Assembly: GCA_044866005.1 (NCBI GenBank)
Contig: JBIOTN010000238.1
Span: forward strand, 1 to 31,620
Length of the DNA stretch: 31,620 bases
DNA from: Candidatus Rokuibacteriota bacterium
GTDB lineage: Bacteria > Methylomirabilota > Methylomirabilia > Rokubacteriales > DASRDR01
Reading direction: 5' to 3'
The position numbers were made by a program, and so were the translations under genes. Numbering within the stretch: the stretch's first letter is position 1; each line of letters starts with the position of its first letter. The notes below the pieces were generated by a model that did no database searches, was not told where the DNA came from, and saw nothing but the letters and a program-made list of their open reading frames with translations. This document shows positions 26,962 to 31,620 of the stretch, piece by piece.

Positions 26962-26989
26962 CCCCCCACACAGGAAGAAGGAGGCCGAC

Positions 26990-27166
26990 ATGGCGAAGGT
27001 GCTCCGCTGCGGCGACCTGATGCCCGGCTGCAAGGCCGTGATCGAGGGCAAGGACGCGAACGAGGTCATGGCCAAGGCGACCGAGCACGCGAAGAAGGAC
27101 CACAAGATGACCACGATCCCGCCCGACGTGGCGGCCAAGGTGAAGGCGGCGATCAAGGACAAGTAA
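26990..27166 (+). CDS. DUF1059-family small metal-binding protein (58 aa; not in the ORF track)
   Basis: AAGGAGG RBS; MAKVLRCGDLMPGCKAVIEGKDANEVMAKATEHAKKDHKMTTIPPDVAAKVKAAIKDK* with Cx6C...Hx4H. Confidence 0.88.
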   Translation: MAKVLRCGDLMPGCKAVIEGKDANEVMAKATEHAKKDHKMTTIPPDVAAKVKAAIKDK

Positions 27167-27187
27167 CCCGCCGAAAGGACTCGCCCC

Positions 27188-27958
27188 ATGAGGCTCGGCT
27201 GCATCTGCGGCTGCTTCAACCGCGCCTTCGACGCCGGGACGCTGGATCAGCTCCGCTTCCTGGACCGCTGCGCCGGCGAGCTCGCGGTGCGGGGCGCCGA
27301 GCTCCAGGACATCCACTTCCCGGAGACCCGACCCGCGTACCTCCACGAGCTCCGCCGCGCGGCGGGCGACCTCGAGCTCGCGCTGATCGGCATCGGCGTC
27401 CACAACGACTTCGGCCGGGCCGACAGCACGTGGCGGCAGAGCGAGGTCGTGAAGGTCAAGCAGTGGGTCGAGGTCGCCGCCGAGATCGGCGCGCCCCAGG
27501 TCCGGGTCTTCGCCGGACACCCGGAAGGGCCGGTCACCGAGCGCTGGCCCGCCATGATCGCCGCCCTCCGCGAGGCGGCGGCCTTCGCCGCCGAGGCCGG
27601 CATCCGGCTCGTCCTGGAGAACGAGGCCGGCTTCACCCGGAACGCCGCCGAGCACCTCCGCATCGTCCGGGAGGTCGGCCACCCCGCCCTCCAGCCGCTC
27701 CTCGACACCGGCAACTACCCGGCCGGGTGGGCCTCGGTCGAGGAGACCGCGCCGCACGCCGCCCACGTTCACGCCAAGTTCTGGCAGGTGGACCCGGCCG
27801 GCGCCGAGCCCAGCATGGATTACCCGGGGCTCCTCGCCGGCCTCCGCCGCCGGCGCTACGAGGGCTGGATCACCTTCGAGTACGAGGCGGCCGAGGACGA
27901 GGCGACCGGCATCCCGCGCGCCCTCGGCTACCTCCGGCGCCTGGTCGAGGCCCGCTGA
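27188..27958 (+). CDS. Sugar phosphate isomerase/epimerase (AP_endonuc_2 TIM barrel)
   Basis: VRVFAG, LVLEN, LLDTGNY, HVHAK and YEGWITFEYE. Confidence 0.88.
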   Translation: MRLGCICGCFNRAFDAGTLDQLRFLDRCAGELAVRGAELQDIHFPETRPAYLHELRRAAGDLELALIGIGVHNDFGRADSTWRQSEVVKVKQWVEVAAEIGAPQVRVFAGHPEGPVTERWPAMIAALREAAAFAAEAGIRLVLENEAGFTRNAAEHLRIVREVGHPALQPLLDTGNYPAGWASVEETAPHAAHVHAKFWQVDPAGAEPSMDYPGLLAGLRRRRYEGWITFEYEAAEDEATGIPRALGYLRRLVEAR

Positions 27959-27960
27959 CC

Positions 27961-29070
27961 GTGGGGCGGATCCGGATCGGCGTCGTCGGCTGCGGGCTCA
28001 TCGCGCAGATGATGCACCTGCCGCATCTCCGGGAGCTCGACGACGTCTACGAGCTGGCGGCGCTCTGCGAGATCTCGCCGGGCACGCTCCGCTTCGTGGG
28101 CGACCGCTACGGCGTCACCCGCCGCCACGACGACTGGCGGGCCCTCCTCAAGGAGCCGCTCGACGCCGTCCTCATCGCCACGCCGGGGTCGCACGCGCCG
28201 ATCGCGCTCGAGGCGCTCCGCGCCGGGAAGCACGTGCTCACCGAGAAGCCGCTGTGCTACACCCTCCGCGAGGCCGACGAGCTCGTGGACGCGGTCGGGC
28301 GGGCCGGGCTCACGTTCATGGTCGCCTACATGAAGCGCTACGATCCGGGCTACCGGCTGGCGCTCGGTCTGGTGCCCGGACTCCGGGACCAGCTCCGCTA
28401 CGTGCAGGTGACGATCTTCCACCCCTCCGAGGCGGCCCAGGCGGGCCACCACGACATCCGCCGCGTCCGGGACGTCCCGGCCGACCGCCTGGCGCGGCTC
28501 GCCGCCGAGGAGGACGCGCTCCTCCGCGAGGCCATCGGCCCCTTCGCCCCCCGGGAGCGCTGGGCCTTCGCCGAGGCGCTCCTCTCCACGCTCGTCCACG
28601 ACGTGAACGCCGTCCGCGGGCTGCTCGGCGACCCCGCGGAGGTCGTGGCGACGGAGATCTGGGCGGGGAGCGAGTCGCTCGTCAGCCTCCTCCGCTACCC
28701 GCAAGGCTTCCGCGTGCTGGTGAGCCTCCACTACCTCTGGGACCTCGCCGATTACCGGGAGGAGATCGGCCTCTACGCGCCCGGGGCGCGGCTCCGCCTC
28801 TGCTTCCCGTCGCCGTTTTTCCGGAACGAGCCGACCCCGGTCGTCGTCTCGGGGATGGAGGGGGAGACGGCCTGGGAGAAGCGGGTCGTCGCCTCCCGCC
28901 GCGAGGCGTTCAAGGAGGAGCTCCTGCACTTCGCGGAGTGCGTCCGGCACGGCCGCCAGCCGCTCACCTCGGTGGCCGACGGGCGCGCGGACCTCGTCTG
29001 GCTCCACCGGATGTGGCAGGCGCGCACCCCGCGGTCCGTGGAGGAGCTGAAGGCGCCCGCGTCCCCCTGA
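27961..29070 (+). CDS. Gfo/Idh/MocA family oxidoreductase
   Basis: IGVVGCGLIA Rossmann motif; GKHVLTEKP; VAYMKRYDP; GTG 27961. Confidence 0.9.
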   Translation: MGRIRIGVVGCGLIAQMMHLPHLRELDDVYELAALCEISPGTLRFVGDRYGVTRRHDDWRALLKEPLDAVLIATPGSHAPIALEALRAGKHVLTEKPLCYTLREADELVDAVGRAGLTFMVAYMKRYDPGYRLALGLVPGLRDQLRYVQVTIFHPSEAAQAGHHDIRRVRDVPADRLARLAAEEDALLREAIGPFAPRERWAFAEALLSTLVHDVNAVRGLLGDPAEVVATEIWAGSESLVSLLRYPQGFRVLVSLHYLWDLADYREEIGLYAPGARLRLCFPSPFFRNEPTPVVVSGMEGETAWEKRVVASRREAFKEELLHFAECVRHGRQPLTSVADGRADLVWLHRMWQARTPRSVEELKAPASP

Positions 29071-29197
29071 CGGGCTGCGCGGCCGTCGGGCCTGCCCGGA
29101 ACCACTTCCCGCCCGCCGGCGTTTCGCTAGTGTCGGGCCCTGCCGGACTCGGTCGTCGATTGCCAGACACACCCCATGCACCGAAGGAGGTGCGGCC

Positions 29198-29719
29198 GTG
29201 GAATCCGCGAAGTCGTGCGCCGGTGTGCTCGCCGTGGCCGTTCTGACACTCGCCGCCCTCGTCCCGGCCGTCGCGGAGGCGCAGACCATCCGGTGGCAGG
29301 ACGTGGAGGGGCTGATCATCCAGCCGGGCGGCAACAGCCCCGTGGGCAGCGGCACGGGCACGGTCAACAGCGGTGGGAATCCCTGGACCACGCGGGGCGG
29401 CGAGGCGGTGGTCAACCTCCGGAACGGCCACGTGGACTTCACGGTCCAGGGGCTCGTCCTCGCCGCGGGTAACGACATCGGGACACCGGACGGCATCACC
29501 ACCGTGAAGGGGACCCTCGTCTGCGACACCAACGGGAGCGCGGGCGGCGGCAACTCCGTCCTGGTCGACACGGCCCTGGTGCCACTCAGCGCCCAGGGCG
29601 ACGCGCAGTTCTCGGGGTTCGTCGTGGTGCCGGAGGCCTGCTTCGAGCCGGACATCGCCTTCCTCGTCCGGATCGCGGCGGGCCGCTGGATCGCGAACGG
29701 CGCCGTCCGCACGCCGTAG
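29198..29719 (+). CDS. Secreted hypothetical protein
   Basis: AAGGAGG RBS; signal peptide ending AEA-Q; beta-rich Gly/Val/Thr mature region with two Cys. Confidence 0.8.
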   Translation: MESAKSCAGVLAVAVLTLAALVPAVAEAQTIRWQDVEGLIIQPGGNSPVGSGTGTVNSGGNPWTTRGGEAVVNLRNGHVDFTVQGLVLAAGNDIGTPDGITTVKGTLVCDTNGSAGGGNSVLVDTALVPLSAQGDAQFSGFVVVPEACFEPDIAFLVRIAAGRWIANGAVRTP

Positions 29720-29781
29720 AGGCGTGGGGCTCACGCGGGCGGCGGCGCCCGCCTGCCGCCCGCGGCGTCCCGCCCGCCCCT

Positions 29782-29810
29782 TTGACAGGCGCGAAGCGGG
29801 CCCCTAGAGT
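29782..29810 (+). promoter_or_regulatory. Sigma70-like promoter (leaderless transcript predicted)
   Basis: TTGACA-17 nt-TAGAGT; GTG start 6 nt after the -10 box. Confidence 0.65.
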
Positions 29811-29816
29811 GGACGC

Positions 29817-30674
29817 GTGTCCTCCCGCTCGTCGGGCGAGCCGCCGGACTTCGTCGCCGTCGGCCACCTCACGGTAGACGAAACGCCGGCCGGGCTCCGC
29901 CCCGGCGGCTCGGTCCTGTACGCGGGGCTGATGGCTCACCGTCAGGGGCTGCGGGTCGGCCTCGTGACGAGCCACGGCCCGGACTTTCCCCTCGAGGTCC
30001 TGCCGCCGGAGATCGAGGTGGTCGCGGCCCCCGCCCCGGCCACCACGCGGTTCGGCCTCCACTACGGCCCGGGCGGACGGACCCTCACGCTGCGGGCGCG
30101 GGCGACCCCGCTCGGGACCGCGCACCTCCCGCCGCGCTTCGCCGAGACGCCGCTTGCCTACCTCGCGCCGGTCGCCGACGAGGTCGAGACCGACCTCGCG
30201 GCCGCCTTCCCGAACGCCGCGGTCGGCGTGGGCGCGCAGGGGTGGTGCCGGCGGTGGGACGGCGCCGGCGCCGTCACCATGCGGCCGTGGCCGGACCCCG
30301 GGCCGGTGCTCCGGCACGTCCAGGCGCTCTTCCTCTCCAGCGACGACGTCGCGGGCTGGGAAGAGGAGGCGCTCGCGCTCTACCAGCAGGTCCCGCTCGG
30401 CGCGCTGACCCTCGCCGCGCGCGGGGCCCTTCTCTTCGTCAACGGCGAGCGGCACACGATCGCCCCCGCGCCGGCGGTCGAGATCGAGCCGACGGGCGCG
30501 GGGGACGTCTTCGCCGCGGCCTTCCTGCTCCGCTACAACGCGACCAGCGACCCCTTCGACGCGGCGGCCTTCGCCGCCGTGGCGGGCGCCCTCACCGTCG
30601 AGGCCGAGGGCATCGCGGGCGTCCCCTCGCGCGCCGAGCTCATGGCGCGCTGGCGCGAGTTCCAGCTCCGCTGA
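29817..30674 (+). CDS. PfkB-family carbohydrate kinase
   Basis: VGHLTVD, PGGSVLYAG and PTGAGDVFAAAF. Confidence 0.88.
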   Translation: MSSRSSGEPPDFVAVGHLTVDETPAGLRPGGSVLYAGLMAHRQGLRVGLVTSHGPDFPLEVLPPEIEVVAAPAPATTRFGLHYGPGGRTLTLRARATPLGTAHLPPRFAETPLAYLAPVADEVETDLAAAFPNAAVGVGAQGWCRRWDGAGAVTMRPWPDPGPVLRHVQALFLSSDDVAGWEEEALALYQQVPLGALTLAARGALLFVNGERHTIAPAPAVEIEPTGAGDVFAAAFLLRYNATSDPFDAAAFAAVAGALTVEAEGIAGVPSRAELMARWREFQLR

Positions 30675-30678
30675 CGCT

Positions 30679-30717
30679 TCGGAGGAGGCCTCGACGGCCC
30701 CGTCCGATTCCTCCCCC
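30679..30717. repeat. REP-like imperfect palindrome
   Basis: TCGGA-GGA-GGCC-TCGAC-GGCC-CCG-TCCGA followed by TTCCTCCCCC, directly after a stop codon. Confidence 0.45.
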
Positions 30718-30825
30718 GTCAAAGGCTAGGCGGGGTGGCCTACAACCTGGTGAGGAGCCGGAACCTGACCTGGGCCGGAGCTAGGGCATGAGCACCTTGA
30801 GCCGCCTCAATAGCCAACATGGGCC

Positions 30826-30853
30826 TTGACAAAGAGGCCTAAGGGAGTACCAT
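30826..30853 (+). promoter_or_regulatory. Sigma70-like promoter with no downstream ORF
   Basis: TTGACA 30826-30831, 16 nt, TACCAT 30848-30853. Confidence 0.6.
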
Positions 30854-30858
30854 ACAGG

Positions 30859-30950
30859 CCAGAATTACGAGGAAGGGGTACGCTTCCAGGTTCTGTCCTG
30901 GCGGGTCCCCCTTCAGACAAACCCCGAGGGTCCCTCGGGGTTTGTTATCT
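30859..30950 (+). ncRNA. Candidate ~90-nt structured small RNA convergent on the NYN gene
   Basis: Promoter upstream; hairpin GAAGGGG(30872-78)...CCAGG-TTCTGT-CCTGG...CCCCTTC(30908-14); terminator downstream. Confidence 0.55.
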
Positions 30951-30951
30951 T
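30917..30951. terminator. Bidirectional intrinsic terminator
   Basis: Perfect 14-bp inverted repeat ACAAACCCCGAGGG-T-CCCTCGGGGTTTGT abutting the NYN stop; T-rich tails on both strands. Confidence 0.75.
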
Positions 30952-31433
30952 CGGTACTCGAGCTTAGGTCTGGCGTCCTCCAAAAAGCCGATTTTGGCCC
31001 CCGCTGCCTTCTTCAGGAGTGCTGAGCAGCCATCGCGGTGCGGGCTCAGAACCCAGGCCAGCTTTCCTTGCTCGGCGAGGTAGCGGACGAGGCACGCGAA
31101 ATCCCCGTCGCTCGTCACGATCACGGCCTGCTCATAATGCGGATACTCGATCATCGCCTGGAGCACAAGCTCGGCGTCCACGTTGCCCTTTGGCTTGCTG
31201 TCGCCGCGGCGGCGCATGACCTCCTTGAAGACCAGCGTATAGCCCGCGTTTTGGAGCGAGGTGTAGAGGCCCTGGTTCTCGGGAACGTACCCAAGGAAGT
31301 AGTAAGCACGGCTCACGCCATAGTGCTCCGCGAGGTAGACGCGGAATCGCTTCCAGTCAAGAGCCCACCCAAGCCGCTCCCGGGATCCAAGGTTGACGTT
31401 TTGGCCGTCGATGAAGGCGAAGTTATTGGGCAC
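30945..31433 (-). CDS. NYN domain protein (LabA/DUF88-like PIN-fold nuclease)
   Basis: FIDGQN, KGNVDAELVL and VTSDGDFACLV acidic catalytic motifs. Confidence 0.92.
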   Translation of the reverse strand: MPNNFAFIDGQNVNLGSRERLGWALDWKRFRVYLAEHYGVSRAYYFLGYVPENQGLYTSLQNAGYTLVFKEVMRRRGDSKPKGNVDAELVLQAMIEYPHYEQAVIVTSDGDFACLVRYLAEQGKLAWVLSPHRDGCSALLKKAAGAKIGFLEDARPKLEYRR

Positions 31434-31441
31434 TAGCGGTC

Positions 31442-31470
31442 ATTATAGGGACTCCCGTTGCGCCTGCCAA
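31442..31470 (-). promoter_or_regulatory. Sigma70-like promoter of the NYN gene
   Basis: TTGGCA (31470-31465), 17 nt, TATAAT (31447-31442); GTG start 8 nt downstream with no RBS. Confidence 0.7.
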
Positions 31471-31620
31471 AAATGGACGTGAGAAGAGCAGTCCGCGCTA
31501 GACTCCTAGGTCAATGAGGTGGAGCGTCTATGGATGCCGCTAGCGTAGTTACGTTGCCCGAGCTCGTGAGCTTTTGCCTGACTTAGAGTATGCCTAGCCT
31601 CTGGGCTCGACTCGGCCAAA

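Noticed and set aside
27961..30674. Calling the Gfo/Idh/MocA gene iolG and the PfkB kinase iolC
   Set aside because: Only family-level motifs are visible and the genes are not adjacent to iolDE
30826..31083. 85-aa plus-strand ORF over the candidate small RNA
   Set aside because: Starts at the TTG of the -35 box, crosses the terminator and runs antisense into the NYN gene
31530..31620. 18-aa ORF MDAASVVTLPELVSFCLT and an ATG at 31590 running off the edge
   Set aside because: Too short or truncated to support
1..31620. CRISPR arrays, tRNA/rRNA, integrase/transposase, and other Sec read-through candidates
   Set aside because: None seen by eye; the other TGA stops I examined fall at plausible C-termini with no homologous-looking continuation

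Overview
High-GC bacterial chromosomal window. The gene content (five orphan ABC_sub_bind-family binding proteins, a Cache/GAF kinase-REC-cyclase cassette) resembles Ca. Rokubacteria/Methylomirabilota, but that is inference only. (1) About 1-10.9 kb is an accessory tract of almost all minus-strand genes: orphan substrate-binding proteins, hypotheticals, a HEPN-like fragment, a PAS histidine kinase, a MEDS sensor, a broken RelE/ParE module and DUF3052. Several junctions carry decayed attC-like sequences. (2) About 10.9-20.5 kb is an inositol locus: iolD-iolE-SnoaL divergent from a sugar ABC transporter, GDPD, a CxxC hypothetical, an epimerase and an inositol monophosphatase. (3) About 20.5-30.7 kb holds a signalling cassette, two tandem ABC_sub_bind genes and sugar-metabolism genes. 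(4) The lower-GC right end carries an NYN nuclease. Best lead: the MEDS gene has an in-frame TGA exactly at the family's conserved Cys, followed by a SECIS-like hairpin and an intact C-terminus, so it is a probable selenocysteine-containing sensor coupled to a histidine kinase. Second lead: a promoter-hairpin-terminator small-RNA unit converges on the NYN gene (candidate RNA-antitoxin system). No rRNA, tRNA, CRISPR array, integrase or transposase was seen.
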